Assembly: GCF_018350175.1 (NCBI RefSeq)
Contig: NC_058368.1
Location: forward strand, 139,688,001-139,752,000
Direction of reading: 5' to 3'
DNA length: 64,000 nt
Origin: Felis catus
Taxonomy: Eukaryota
The position numbers and the translations under genes are program-made. Shown here one piece after another: positions 38,891 through 53,078 of the stretch. The notes under the pieces were generated by a model that saw only the letters and a list, made by a program, of their open reading frames with translations, was not told where the DNA came from and searched no databases. The first letter of the stretch is position 1; every line of letters begins with the position of its first letter.

Positions 38891-39507
38891 CTTAACATAT
38901 AGAGGATAGTAAACTATCGTCATGAAACTAGGCTTGGTAATTGAGCATCAGCAAGACAGGAAGGTAGCTGAAAACTAATTTTACCTATCTCACAACTTTG
39001 CCTGGTGCCAGTGTTGCTAATAATAACCCAGTTCTTCTGACCCAATTAGGGACCAAAAGCAATTCTTCCTAGAGTTTTTGGGCTAAATAATATATTCTTT
39101 GTGAAATAGTAGGCATTCATAAATGTTTCTGTTCTTTTTATACATTTCAGTTTTTAAAGGAGAAGACAGCTTAAATGTAAGATTTGTGCATTCAACATCT
39201 TCAAGCTTCAATGGTGGTGGTTTGGGAAAATATGAATGAATTACATTCACCAGTTTTATTAGAAAATGAAAAGTAATTGGATTACTAAAGCATGAGACAA
39301 AATATAGGGTGATAATAAGTTGAAGGTGATAGTTGAAGAGAAAAATCAAATGATAAAAACAGAAAACTAGCCTATATTCTCTTGGGTACTGGGAAACAAT
39401 AGCACCAGTGGTTCCCATACTTGGGGCACATTGGAATAACTTGGGCATGCCTTAAAAATACTGATATCTGGTTCCTACTCTCAGACCTTTGAATTTATTT
39501 ATGTCAC

Positions 39508-39805
39508 ATGGAATCAAAACAAACAAAAAAACAACCTGAACTCATAGATGCAGAGAACAGATTGGTGGTTGCTAGAGGTGGGGTAGGAGTAGGCGAAATG
39601 GGTAAAGGTGGTCAAAAGGTACAAATTTCCAGTTATAAAATGAGTAAGTCATGGGGGTATAATGTGCAGAATGGTGACTGTAGTTAATATCGTATTGTAT
39701 ATTTGGAAGTTGCTAAGAGATTAGATCTTAGAAGCTCTCATCACAAGAAAAGAAATTGTGTAAGTATGTGTGGTGATGGATGTCAAGTTAAAAAAAAAAA
39801 AAAAA
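39508..39805 (+). mobile_element. L1 3' UTR fragment (L1MA/carnivore type)
   Basis: GAGAACAGATTGGTGGTTGCTAGAGG...CAAAAGGTACAAATTTCCAGTTATAAAATGAGTAAG, followed by an A-tail. Confidence 0.75.
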
Positions 39806-40185
39806 GGAAAAGAAAAGGTCCTCAACAGCGTAGAATAAATGAACCCTCTCTAAATCATGCAAATAAGAAATCACTGGCCTAATTTGTTATAGGTTCATGA
39901 CAGCTGTTTACCTGGTCATTTCTTTATAGCATACATGCACTCCAAATTGGAAGCAGCTGTGATGTTATGGCAGCTGTACTAGACTTGAAGAAGACTTGGA
40001 TTCACATCCCAGTTCTTTTGCTTATTAGCAGACTTATGGCCAATTCACTTAACCTTCCTGAATTCCAATTTCTATCTTTCCTATGAGAGTAAGCAAATCT
40101 CTGTTGCATGGTTATTATATTTTTAAAAACTAATAAATATGAAAGTAAATTATAAATTACTATTTAAAGATATTAAAGAATTATT

Positions 40186-41225
40186 TGGGGTGCCTGGCTG
40201 GCTCTAGCTGGTAAAGCACGTGATTCTTGGTCTCAGGGTCATGAGTTCAAGCCCATGTTGGGTGTAGAGCTTACTTAAAAAAAGAGTTATTATTTGAGAG
40301 GATTTTTCTTAATCTTAGATGTGACATAACATTATAAAATGTATTAATCTCCCAGAAGTGAATAGATTATTATTTTGTCTGTATTTTTTTCACTGCCTTA
40401 AGAAATAGAGTTCTGGGGGTGCCTGGGTGGCTCAGTCAGTTGGGCGTCTGACTCTTGGTTTCAGCTTTGGTCATGATATCATGGTTTGTGAGTTGAGCCC
40501 CACGTTGGGCTCTGTGCTGATGGCACGGAGCCTGCTTAGGATTCTGTCTCTTCTCTCTCTCTTGCCCTCCACTGCTCCCTCTCTCTCTCTCAAACTCTCT
40601 CAAAATAAATAAATAAACATTAAAAAAAAAAAAAAGAAATTGAGCTCTGTATACAGAGTGTAATAAATGCCACTGAACTTAACATGTTTAGTAGATGAAG
40701 TGTTATTTCATATTTGTTTCCTATACAGTATGTTAATATCTGAAAAACATGAACTTTGGACTCAAGTCTGGGTTTCAATACAGGTATTGTCACTTATTAG
40801 CATATTTATGTCAGTAGATATGTTCTAAGACTCAGATTTCTTCTCTCTTTGTTTTGGGGGTAATAAAATTTACCTTTCAGGGTAGGGCTACTGTGTGAGA
40901 TTCAAGCGTAAAGTGCCTAGCATAGTGAGTGGCTGGCTCAAAACTTGCAGGGAATGTTCATTTTCTTCCTTCTGAGAGTACAATAATCTTGGGATAGTAA
41001 TTTTAAACTCTGAATAATAATAATTTCTCAGGGCTCCTGGGTGGCTCAGTTGTTTGAGGTTTGATTAATTTGGCTGACATCATGATCTCATAGTTCGTGA
41101 GTTCGAGCCCTGTGTCAGGCTCTGTGCTAATAGTGCAGAACCTGCTTGGGATTCTTTCTCTTCTCTCTCTGCCCCTCCCCCACTCACACTCAATCTCCAA
41201 ATAAGTAAATAAATATTTAAAAATA
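40186..41225 (+). mobile_element. Three CAN-SINEs upstream of POLK exon 2
   Basis: Copies at about 40186-40285, 40415-40635 and 41030-41225. Confidence 0.85.
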
Positions 41226-41391
41226 ACAATATCTCAATGGCTAACAATTCTTATATTCTTAAATGTTTTTCTTGTTTTGCTTATTATCATCTTAACTTTT
41301 AAGTGTCCACCTCCTCACCATGAATGCTTTGAAAAGGAGTGTTTATTTTATATGTTTTTTTAGGTAATAAAAAAACCTTTAAGTTTATACC

Positions 41392-41526
41392 ATGCATAGC
41401 ACCAAGGAGAAGAATGACAACAACAAAGATGACCTTCTGCTTAGGATGGGACTTAATGATAATAAAGCTGGAATGGAAGGATTAGATAAAGAGAAGATTA
41501 ATAAGATTATAATGGAAGCCACAAGG
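41392..41526 (+). CDS. POLK: POLK first coding exon (exon 2), aa 1-45
   Basis: Acceptor TTTTTTAG| at 41363, ATG at 41392. Translates MHSTKEKNDNNKDDLLLRMGLNDNKAGMEGLDKEKINKIIMEATR; donor AGG|GTATGT. Confidence 0.96.
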
Positions 41527-42024
41527 GTATGTTTCTTGTTTCTTTTGATATCATTAATTTAGTAGCTTTTTAACTTTCTGTTTAAAAGAAAATCAGTAAG
41601 TTGTAAATATTTTTTATTGTAATTTTTAATATTTTAATGTATCTTGTTACAACAAGTGGGTATGGAATAATCTCCCTTCTGTTCTGTTGCTCTTCCTCTT
41701 GCCGTCCAGTTTTCCTGCTTCATGTACACATTATATGCATGTGTTTCAGTAATGTAACTTGGAGGTCTTTCCATAAAGATCTTTCCATAAAGATCTTCAG
41801 TTTTCATGCCTGCATGTGTAGATATAATTTATTGAACCAGACGGAATGTTCATTTATGAACCCATACATCATTTCTAGTCTTTTGTTTTTACAAACAATA
41901 TGACAGTGAATAACCTTTACAACTTTCACAACTTTACATATGTGCAGATAAAATTATAAGAGATCGTAGAAGTAGAATTATTCCACCAAATACAGATAAC
42001 AAAAAAGGATATATTCATGTGGAA

Positions 42025-42732
42025 TTTTTTTAAGTGTTTGTTTATTTATTTGGAAAGAGAGCTCAAGGGAGGGAGGAGCAGAGCAAGGAGAAAGAATCTC
42101 AAGCTCTGCTGACAGAGCAGAGCCCAACCCGGGGCTTGAACTCCCTAACCACCAGGTCATGACCTGACCCCAAATCAAGAGTCAGATGCTTAACTGACTA
42201 TGCCACCCAGGGAGCCCACATATGGAATTTTTATGAATTGCTCAAGTTGCCCTACATAGTTTATGTATCAATTTAAATTTTCACTGCCAATATATGTGCA
42301 ACCATGCCTGCCCAGTGTGTTACTAAGCTTTTGGATTTTCCTATCTATAGTAATGTAGTGTAGGCTTAATTTGCATTTCTCCTATGAAAAGTGAGATGGT
42401 GCATCTTTTCACATGTTTAACAAGCGACTTGTATTTTCCCTTTTTACAAACTGTCTCTTCTCGTCATTTGCACAATTTTCCATTAGATTATTGTATATCT
42501 TTTGATTTTGCTTATGATACTTAATCCTGTGCAGAAGTTTTCTGTTTGCCTTTTTTAAAAATTTATTTATTTTGAGAGAGAGAGAGAGAGAGAGATGTAT
42601 GAGCAGAGGAGGGACACAAAGAGAGGGAGGGAGAAAATACCAAGGAGGTCTGTGCTGTTAGCATGGAGTGAACAGTGAGATCATGACCTGAGCCAAGAGC
42701 AAAAGCTGGACACTTAACTGACAAAGCCACCT
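42025..42732 (-). mobile_element. Two CAN-SINEs within an old antisense L1 fragment
   Basis: Copies at about 42025-42218 and 42550-42732. Confidence 0.85.
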
Positions 42733-43920
42733 CGTTTGATTTTTCATATGTACTTGAATTAGTCAACTGCGTATGGCTTTCTCCAAGGTCATAAATATTT
42801 TCTTCTAATATTTTTTTGTTTTATTTATATATTATGAAATAAGTACCCTTCAGAAAGGTGTAAAATTTAAGAGAATATACTTATTTTAAAGAAATGCTTG
42901 CTGGTATCTACAGCAACTTACTTTTAAATGGTTTAACCAAAAAGAGGGGGAGGAGTGTGTGTGTATGCATGCATGTTTGTGCAAGTGCATATGTTGGAGT
43001 GGGGGTGTGTGTATTGTGTATTCCTAGAAATTGTGGGAGAAACTAAATGTATCAGGATATTAATAGCTGATGAATCTAGGTGAGGACATAGGGGTGTTCT
43101 TTGTACTATTCCTTCAAATGTTGGAAGATTTAGAAATTCCAAAATAAAACCTTGAGGGAAAAATAATTTTTTAAGTGTATAAAATATAGATAAAATTTTA
43201 AAAGTAAAAAAATTGAGATGAAGTAAGCAAACATAGTATATGGACCCTGGTTGGATCTTGGTTTGAACAAATATATTTGGAACAGTTAAGGGAATTTGAA
43301 TATGGACAGGGTACTAGATTGTATTAAGGAACTATTGTTAATTTTATTAGCTTTGAAAATGCTATTATAATTACCTAGGAAAATGACCTCATTTTTAAAA
43401 ATGCATACTAAAACACTGTATAGAATAGCTAAATATCATTATATCTGTAATTTACTTTAAAACAGTTTACTTAAAAAATCAGTGAAGGAAATAAGACAAA
43501 ATGTTAAATCTCAGTGATAGTTTTATATAGTGTTTATTGTACTAATCTGTATTCTCTGAGATTTTTTTGAAATTTTCATCTTAAAACTTAAAAAAAGAAT
43601 TAAAACCTATGACCCTAGTTTTCAGGTTAAGAAATAGAATATTTAAGTCATCCCAGATTTTATCTTTCCTCTCTCTTCTCTGTGTCCCAGTAACACTTAT
43701 TAAATAGTTCATCTAGATCATCATTTCTTACTGATCTGCAGTGCTTTCTTCTGTTCCACTGGATTGTTTGTTATTATATCATTACAACATGACCTGCATT
43801 CCAGTATTGTCTAGTAAGTCTAGACAACTGCTAGAACAAGTTCTTTTTTTGCTCTTTATTCTTTTTCAAGAATATCTTAAAAAGAGCATTTGCTCTTCCA
43901 TATAAGTTTTATGTGATATA

Positions 43921-44502
43921 CAGTTGACCATTAAACAGTGCGAAGGTTAGGAGCACTGCCCCCCCCCCCCCCACACACACACAATTGAAAATCCATGTAC
44001 AACTTTTGACTCCTCGAAAATGAACTGCTAATAGCCTACAATTGACTGGAAGCCTTACCAGTAACATAAACAGTCGATTAACACAAATTTTGTATATTAT
44101 GTGTATTACATACTGTATTCTTTAATAATAAAGTAAGATGGAGAAAAGAAAACGTTAAACAAATTGTAAGCAAGAAAAAATATATTTACAGTACTATTTT
44201 TTTTTTAAGATTTTTTTTTTAATATTTATTTATTTTGAGAGATAGAACGTGAGCGGGGGAGGAGCAGAAAGGGAGGGAGACACAGAATCCAAAGCAGGCT
44301 CCATCCAGGCCCTGAGCTGCCAGCACAGAGCCCAATGAGGGGCTTGAACTCACGAACCATGAAACCATGACCTGAGCTGAAGTCGGATGCTTAACCAACT
44401 GAGCTACCCAGGCGCCCCTGTATTGTACTGTTTTTATTGAAACAAGTCCATGTATGAGTTGGCCTACTGCAGTTCAAACCCATGATGTTCAAAGGTCAGC
44501 TG
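43921..44502. mobile_element. Tigger2-like non-autonomous DNA transposon with a nested SINE
   Basis: Terminal inverted repeats CAGTTGACCATTAAACA / TGTTCAAAGGTCAGCTG flanked by TA. A SINE is inserted at about 44196-44418. Confidence 0.85.
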
Positions 44503-45099
44503 TATATACATACATAGAACTATATATACATATCATCTGATATGTATCTATCATATAAAATATATACTTTATATATATTTTATATACCAATATATATTAA
44601 AATATTTATATATTTTATATAATATATATTCCTCTAGTGTGGGGGGTTGGGGAGTTCATCATAAATATCTTTTTTGAATTGAAATTTTCTAATTGTTAAC
44701 TGCTTCACAGAAATGCAACTTCTTTAAAATTTTTATCAGAAACATTTTTTGTTGTTATTTATTTATTTTTTTAGAGAGAGTGTAAATCATAAGACAGGCA
44801 GATGGAGAGAGGGAGAGAATTTTAAGCAGACTCCATGCTCAGTACGAAGCCTGATGGGGCTTGATCCCACGACCCTGGGATCATGACCTAAGCCGAAATC
44901 AAGAGTGAGACACTCAACCAACTAAGCCACCCAGATGCCCCTATCAGAAATTATAAACATACAGAAAATGAGATACTAAAGTGAATTCCTGGGTAATCAT
45001 CACCCAGCATCATCAGACATCAACTTATTTGCAAATATTGTTTCATCTGTCTCACCCCTCCCTACTGAATTTTGGAGGTAGAAGATGGAGTATTTTAAA

Positions 45100-45468
45100 A
45101 CAAATCCCAATAAATTGGATAAATTTCTAGAAATTTAAAGTTTTCCAAAACTGACTCAAGAAAATAAGAAAATCTAAATAGACCTTTAATAAGGAAAGAA
45201 ATTAAATCAATAATTAAAAATCTCCATTCCCCCCCCCCCCGAAAAAAAAAAAAAAAGTCAAGATGGCTTCAGTGGTGAATTTTATCTGACACTTAAGAAG
45301 AAATAATACTGGGGTACCTGTGTGACTCAGTTGGTTAACCATCTGACTTCAGCTCAAGTCATGATTTCTCAGTTCATGAGTTCGAGCTCAGCATTGGGCT
45401 CTGTGCCGACAGCTCAGAGCCTGGAGCCTGTTTCAGATTCTGTGTCTCCCTCTCTCAGCCCCTCCCCC

Positions 45469-45526
<58 letters not shown>

Positions 45527-47259
45527 AAAAATAAACATTAGAAAAAAATAATAAGTAAACATTTAAAAAAGAAGAAATAATACCAGTATTCCACAAGTTC
45601 TTCCAGAAAATGAAGAAATATGTAACATTTGCCAACTCATTCTATAAGACCAGTATCACCTTGATACAATAGCCAAACAAGCAGAATATTATAGATCATT
45701 GTAAATATAAAAGCCCTCAACAAAATGTTAGCAAACTGAATCCAGGAGTATAAAAAGAAGATTGTGTTCCATGACCAAGTGGGATTTATTCCAGGAATGC
45801 TCTTTTCTCCTAAAATCAGGAACAAGACAAGGAAGTCCACTCTCATGTCTTCTCTTCAACATAGTCCTGAAAGTTCTAGCCAGTGTAGTCAGGCAATAGA
45901 AAGAAATAAAAGGCATCTAGATTGGAAAGGAAGAAATAAAACTATCTCTTCACAAATAACATGATGTTTATGGATAGAAACTCTTACGGATTTCAAAAGG
46001 AGTGCAACAGTTGTACCCTGAAAATAACAAAAGTGTGTTGAGGGAAAGTAAGGATATAAAAATGAAAGCATCCTATGTTCAACAATGAGAAGACTCAACA
46101 TCGTTAAGAGGGTAGTTCTCCTCAAACTGATCTATGGATTCAGTGTAATTTTTCATCCAAATTCAAGGGGCTTTTTTTCCTGCCGAAATTGATAAACAGA
46201 CCCTAAAATTTATATGGAAATGTGAAACACCTAAAATAGTGAAAACAATTTTGAAAAGGAACAAACAATAAGGTCTTTGGCTTTCCTGTTTAAGAATGTG
46301 CTATAAAGCTACAGTTATCAAGATAGTGTGTTACTGTCATAAGGCTAGACATATTGAACAATGGGGTAGAATTAAGAGTCCAGAAGTAAATCTTTGCATT
46401 GATACTTTATTGGTTTTTGACGAAAGTACCAAGGCAGAAGGATCATCTGTGCAGCACATGATGCTGGGACAACTGGATATCCACATGCAAAAAAAAGATG
46501 AACCTAAACCCTCACTTCACACCATATACAAATTTAACTCAAAATCAAGTTAAATGTAAGAGCCAAAGCAGTAAAACTTAATGAAGATATGAGAAAGTCT
46601 TTGAGACTCTTGGTTAGACAAGCATTTCTTAGATATAACAATAAAAGCACAGTCAGTAAAAGAAAAAGTTGACAAGTTAGACTCATCACATTTGAAAACA
46701 TCTGCACTTCAAAAGACACAATTAAAAAATGAAATGATAAGCAACATAGTAATATAAAATATTTGCAAAATACTTATCTGATAAAGGACTTATATCCAGA
46801 ATATAAAGAGAATTTTTATAAATTGTTAGTAAGACAACCTAGTTAAAAATGGACAAAAAATATAAATAGACTTTTCACTAAAGATATAAAAATAGAAAAA
46901 TAGAACCCTCATACTTTGCTGGTGGGATTATAAAATGGTTCAGCCACTTTGGAAAACAGTCTGGCAGTTTCTCAAAAGGTTTAGAATGGAGTTACCATAT
47001 GACTCAGAGATTCCACTCCTGGGTACCTAAGGAAAGTGAAAACATATGTCCATGAAAAAATGTCTATATGAATGTTCATTGCAGCATTTCTCATAAAAGC
47101 CAAAATAAAAATAATCTAAATGTCCATCAACCTAGGGCACCTGGGTGGCTCAGTTGGTTAAGTGTCCAACTCTTGGTTTTGGCTCAGGTCATGATCTCAG
47201 GGTTTCATGGATTAAGCCCCTGGTCAGGCTCTTTGCTGACTGTGCAGAGCCTACTTAGG

Positions 47260-47299
<40 letters not shown>

Positions 47300-47430
47300 C
47301 CTCCCCTACTGAGTTGCTCTTGTTCTCTCTCTCTCTCTCTCTCTCTCAAAATAAACACATTAACATTTAAAAAAAAATCATCAACCTGATGAATGAATAG
47401 ATGTTATGTTCAGTGATGGGATGATAGGTG
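45100..47430 (+). mobile_element. Old L1 ORF2 fragment interrupted by SINEs
   Basis: Residual ORF2 peptides ([19 protein letters not shown]) and TTACCATATGACTCAGAGATTCCACTCCTGGG. Confidence 0.85.
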
Positions 47431-47682
47431 ATTTTCTAAAAGTGATTTTCTACATTTTCTTTAATGACTAACATTAAAATTTTGTAAAAGCTTTTTTAAA
47501 AAATTTTTGAGAGAGTGCAAGTGGGGATGGGGCAGAGAAAGAGGGAGACACAGAATCCAAAGCAGGGTTCAGGTTCTGAGCTGTTAGCACAGAGCCTGAT
47601 GTCGGGCTTGAACTCATGAGCCATGAGATCATGACCTGAGCCGAAGTCGGACGCTTAACCGACTGAGCCACCCAGGTGCCCC
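47134..47682. mobile_element. Tail-to-tail CAN-SINE pair
   Basis: Plus copy 47134-47378 and minus copy 47490-47682. Confidence 0.9.
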
Positions 47683-48069
47683 AAAATTTTATAAATGCTT
47701 TTTACATAAAAGTGAAGGAGATAACTGATAACCCAAATGACTGAGGGCTTGGATATGCCCATGGATCCTGTCTAGGACACATTGTTATTTTCTGAGTGCC
47801 GATCTGTACTCATCTCAGAGTTTGCAGCGTATAATTACTGTCTCAACAAGCCTATGATGTAGGTAACTATAAATTCATTTTGCAGGTAAGGAAATTGAGA
47901 CATAGAAAGATTAGTAGTTTTAGGGTCACCCAGCTAGCAAGGAGTGAGCTAAGTTTTGAATTCAGTAATTGTGATTCTAGTCTATACACTTAGGTACCGT
48001 GGTTATACATACTACAGTGATGCTTTCCTTCTGACACTTTCTTATGCTTTGTTTTGTTTTCTTACAAAG

Positions 48070-48189
48070 GGGTCCAAATTTTATGTAAATGAGCTCAAGA
48101 AAGAAAAGCAAGTCAACCAACGAATTGAAAATATGATGCAACAAAAAGCTCAAATTACCAGCCAACAGCTAAGGAAAGCACAATTACAG
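48070..48189 (+). CDS. POLK: POLK exon 3, aa 46-85 (N-clasp)
   Basis: AAAG| acceptor and CAG|GTATTA donor; 120 nt. Translates GSKFYVNELKKEKQVNQRIENMMQQKAQITSQQLRKAQLQ. Confidence 0.96.
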
Positions 48190-49199
48190 GTATTAATTTA
48201 ATTGCTAAAGAAAGTGAAAGCTGGTAGAATAGTAATTGATAGTTAAAATGCATCATGGTCAAGTCACAACTGAAAACAAGGTAAAATGTAAATGTTCATT
48301 ATATTATAAAGCATAAAATTTAACAAACATGCATACTTTGTTAAATATTGGTCTACTCTTTTATTTACATAAAGACCCCATACCTAGGCATTGTCACCTC
48401 CATTATACAGAAGAATTAATGGAACCTTAATTAGGGTAAATAACTTGCCTAGCTTCAGAGCTAGGATTTAATCCAAAGCTTATGTTCTTTTTGTTATATA
48501 CATACTTTGCAGCTACAAAAGGCCACAAGATAAATGTGGCATGTTTTCTTCAATGCTGATTTTGCAAAACAGATTTAGGGGAACATGTTCACTAATTAAA
48601 TTATAAAGCAATTTAAAACATAATTGTGTTGTACTAAAACTAAGGTAGAATGCCAAATGTGCATGAATTTTTAAGATAAAACACCAGACTTCTAAAAATT
48701 TGGAGGCTTTTGGCTTCTCCAGTATCTTCAGGGAATAAATACTCAAAAGAGTTTCCTCTGGTATTTAAAAGCTATTCCAGGAGAAGAGTTTGAGTAGAGC
48801 AACACTGCAGGGCATCATGTAGTAGATTGAAAACTCAAAATAGTCAAGGTTTTGCTGGTAAACCTAAGGTTTACTTTTATATATTAAAAAAAAAAATTTT
48901 AAATAAAGTTTACTTTTAAAGACAGTTTTTATCCTCTATCAAAATCTGATTCAATTTAACAAAGCAGTTTAGGCTGTAACATGATGATAAAATCATATTG
49001 ATCTAGGCCACACATTTCTTCTCGTGATACAGTTCAGAGATGCCAAACTTTATGTTTTTTTCTTTGCCAAATTGTAATGTGTCATTTTCTTCATATGTGC
49101 TTTCCTAGAGCACAAGCTAGTTTTTTATTTTATGTGATAAGTGGTCTCTTCTCATAAAGAAAGATCACTTGCTTTTGCCTTCCCAAATTATCATTTAAA

Positions 49200-50067
49200 A
49201 AATTTTTTTAACATTTATTCATTTTTTGAGGGACAGAGAAAGAGTACGAGCAGGGGAAGGGCAGAGAGAGAGGGAGACACAGATCCAAAGCAGGCTCCAG
49301 GCTCTGTGCTGAAGCACAGAGCTCTATGTGGGGCTCAAACTCACAAACTGCAATATCATGATCTGAGCCGAAGTCAGACGCTTAACTGACTGAGCCACCC
49401 AGACGACCCCCAAAATTAGCATTTTTAGTGCTTCATAGCATTCTACTGTATGGAGGTACCATAATTTATTTGCCTTATCCCACATGGGTTTCAGTTTTTT
49501 GTTTTTATATATAACCTTGCGATGATTGTTCTTATTTACATATCTTTGTACTCTTGTCCTGTTATTTTCACCAAAGATTGTACATTTTCACATTTTCAAC
49601 ACAAGAGTGCTAGTTTCCTCACATACTTGTTTCAAATTAAATTTTATTAATTTTATCAATCCTTTAGTTTTTGCTGGTAGTGTCTAAATATTATTTCATG
49701 GTTATTTTAATTTGCACCTTCTTTGATTATGACAGAAAAAGAATGTCTTCCCTTGTATTAGCCATTAATATTTCATTCCTATGGGAATTCCTTTTTTATT
49801 GTTAGTATATAGGCTAAGTAGCTGGCACGAGATCCCAAAATACAGTGGTTCAAATCAGTTAAGAATTTATTTCTTTCTCACATAATAGATAAGTATTCCT
49901 GGGGTACCTGGGTGGCTCAGTCGGTTAAGCGTCCAACTTCGGCTCAGGTCATGATCTCACAGTTCCATGGGTTCAAGCCCCATGTTGGGCTCTTGCTGAC
50001 AACTTGGAGTCTGGACCCAGCTTTGGATTCTGTGTCTCCCTCTCTCTCTGCTCCTGCCCCACTCATG

Positions 50068-50107
<40 letters not shown>

Positions 50108-51711
50108 TAAATAAACATTTAAAAAAATAGATAAGTAGTCCCAACTGATTGGGTGGTTCTGCTCACTGTAGTAATTTAGGGACCCAGGTTCTACATCGTG
50201 TTGTTCTGTCATCCCCTAAGTGTTACCGTTACCTGGTTTACAAAATGGGATTACCTCCAGTCTATATTCTAGACCCCAGTAAAGAAGAAAGAATGAGGAA
50301 AAAAAAATCAAAGGCAAGTAATTTGCTATTCAACAAGTGAAAGAGAAATTGCACACATTACGTCAGCTCACGTGCTTTCTCCTTTTAATTTTTTTTAATG
50401 TTTATACATTTTTGAGAGACAGAGTGCGAGCAGGGGAGGGACAGAGGGAGAGGGAGACACAGAATCCAAAGCAGGCTCCAGGCTCCAAGCTGTTAGCACA
50501 GAGCCCCACGCAGGGCTCGAACTCATGAACTGCAAGATCATGACGTGATCTGAAGTCGGTCACTTAACAGACTGAGCCACCCAAGCCCTTTCTTTCTTCC
50601 TATACTAAATTCTCATTGTACTTGAATTTGTTTCTGGATTCTCTCTTCTACTCAGCTGAATCGTTTCCTCTATCATACCATGCAATTTTAGTTATTCAAT
50701 AATAATAATATGTTTAATATGTTCCTTCACTACGATTCTATAAATTTTTTTCTCATGCATTCTTTCACATAAATTTAAGCATTGTTTCATCAAGTTAAAA
50801 CAAATCCATTCTGTGTATAATAACATTATTTTTAATTGATATTAATCCTTAGGCAATTTATTTTCAGAACCTTTTTTTGGTAAGTTTTAATCATCTATAC
50901 AAATATCTCTTATAAAGCTTTAAAGATATAATGCATATGAGTCATTCAATATAAGAACTTTTTGCTGTTCATGACTCTTTTTAAAGCTCATAATCCTTAA
51001 ATATGCTAATAATCTGAAGTATTAGAAAATACTTTATATTGTGTAACAGAGCTTCAGATTTTGTTACAGTTTTTGTGACTATTTCATGAGAGACTCTCTG
51101 ACATCTTTTGAAAGGGGAGTGGCAGGAAATCTGTTTTATGTTGATTGTTAAATTGTTTCACTTGTTGAGCTTCCTTTAAAAGAAATTGTGTAAATGGGAG
51201 GGAATTGAGGAAATCCTAAGGAATCTAGAAGATCTGAGAGTAAGAGAGGTTTTCCATGGGAAATGTGTTTCTATTCCAGTGTCATGAATTTTCCAAATAA
51301 TAGATTTTTGTATGCATGCTATGATGGTAGGAACTATTATTGTTAGTCAAGCTGAGGTAACTAACCTCTATAGTCTCACGGAGTATTTATTCAGAACCTA
51401 AGTGTTCCCCACTCCATTCTACCCTCTTTAGACTTCTTAAAGGCACAATCATTTTTGTAGCTGCCAAAACATCTTGTTATAACATGGATTCATAAATTAG
51501 ATAGACAAATATCTGAGGTGCCTGGGTGGCACAGTTGGTTAAGTGTCCAACTCTTGATTCTGGTTCAGGTCATGATCTCACAGTTTGTGAGATCGAGCCC
51601 CACATCGGGCTCCATGTTGCCATTGTGGAGCCTGCTTGGGATTCTCTCTCTCTCCTTCTCTTTCTGCCCCTGTCCTGTTCACGGTCTCCCTCTCTTTTTC
51701 TCTCTCTCAAA

Positions 51712-51746
<35 letters not shown>

Positions 51747-51765
51747 ACTTAAAAAAAAAAAAAAG
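49200..51765. mobile_element. Four CAN-SINEs in POLK intron 3
   Basis: Minus 49200-49410, plus 49901-50128, minus 50385-50588, plus 51517-51765. Confidence 0.85.
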
Positions 51766-52049
51766 AATAGACAAACATCCATGTTATATTAAATGGAAAC
51801 TACACAGCAAATCTGTGCATTTTGACCATTTTAACAACTGATTTTATGGACCTGGGTTTATTTACCAATTTAGGGTAGTAGTAAGTCAGGAAAATGAAAA
51901 ACAATATTTCTGAAACAGTTTCCTGAATGCAATCAAAAAAGGGGATTTTTTAAAAAAGTAAATAAAGCATAATGTTGATATAAAATACACTATTTGAGTT
52001 TGGTTTGAAGTTATTTCAATATTAAAGACTTTTTAAGATCCATTTTAGG

Positions 52050-52320
52050 GAAGCATTATAAAATAATGGAAAGAGCACAGCCTTTAGAGTAACTTGGTTT
52101 ATAGGTCTAGTGCTAACATTGACCAGCTGTATGACTTAGGGCAGATTACTTCCTCTTACTGAAGTTTAGTTTCCTCATCTACAAAATGGGAATAATAATT
52201 ACCATCTCAGAATTATTTTTATCACTAAATGAGTTAACATAAAAGTGTTGATTCTAATCTGTACACTTAGCCACCGTGGTTATAGGACACATTTGATATA
52301 CTCAATAAATGTCACTTCTG
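52050..52320 (+). mobile_element. MIR SINE (other MIR pieces near 24900, 29790-30250, 34270, 39960, 40740, 47850, 55600)
   Basis: MIR core TGTATGACTTAGGGCAGATTACTT...AGTTTCCTCATCTACAAAATGGGAATAATAAT. Confidence 0.75.
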
Positions 52321-53047
52321 TTTTTAAAATTATGGGTAATATCATGAAGCCCTTTCCATATCCCTGGATGAGTACATTACATGATTAGCTCTTTTTATTC
52401 TTCCAATCATTGGGGATTGGTTTAGTCCCACTTTTCAAAAAAAGTAAGAATGAGGGGAGTTAACTTGCCCCCTATCATGTAACTGAAGACCCAGAAGAAG
52501 CTCTTATTCTTAACCATGGTCACACACACTAGTTTTGAACTGTGGCAAAAGGGATAACATATACGTGAGAGGCTCAGATCAGAACATGGAAGTTATTTGT
52601 AAGGGAAAATAGAGGAATGGAAAACATGAATGAGGATTTCATTAGAAGAAATTTGAGAAAAGCAGGGTGGTGTGCATTTGGTAGTTGCAGAGAGAAAAGT
52701 GTTTAGACAAGGGTGAGTAATGAGAGTAGAGGAAAGCGGAATGTGTGAGTCACTCAGTGGGGAGGTTTCCTTTTGCCAACTGTACTTTTGCTTGAAGCAC
52801 AGAAAAGATAATAGATTGCTGAAGGAACTGTCATAAAATTAACATATGAGGCTAAGGAAAGCTTTTTTCCACCTGGTTTGCTTTCCATTTATTATCTTTT
52901 TCCTTTCCAATATTTATGGGTTAAGATACTTCAAATGCTGCTCCCGTATTCTCAGTCGATTCCTATCATAGGTATATTTTCTAAATTAAAATAGAGTAGT
53001 TTTTAACCCACCCTTATTTTTATTAGCCTCCATGATTTGTCTACATC

Positions 53048-53078
<31 letters not shown>

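Noticed and set aside
44505..44630. AT-rich quasi-palindromic stretch
   Set aside because: Low-complexity TA expansion next to the Tigger TA target site.
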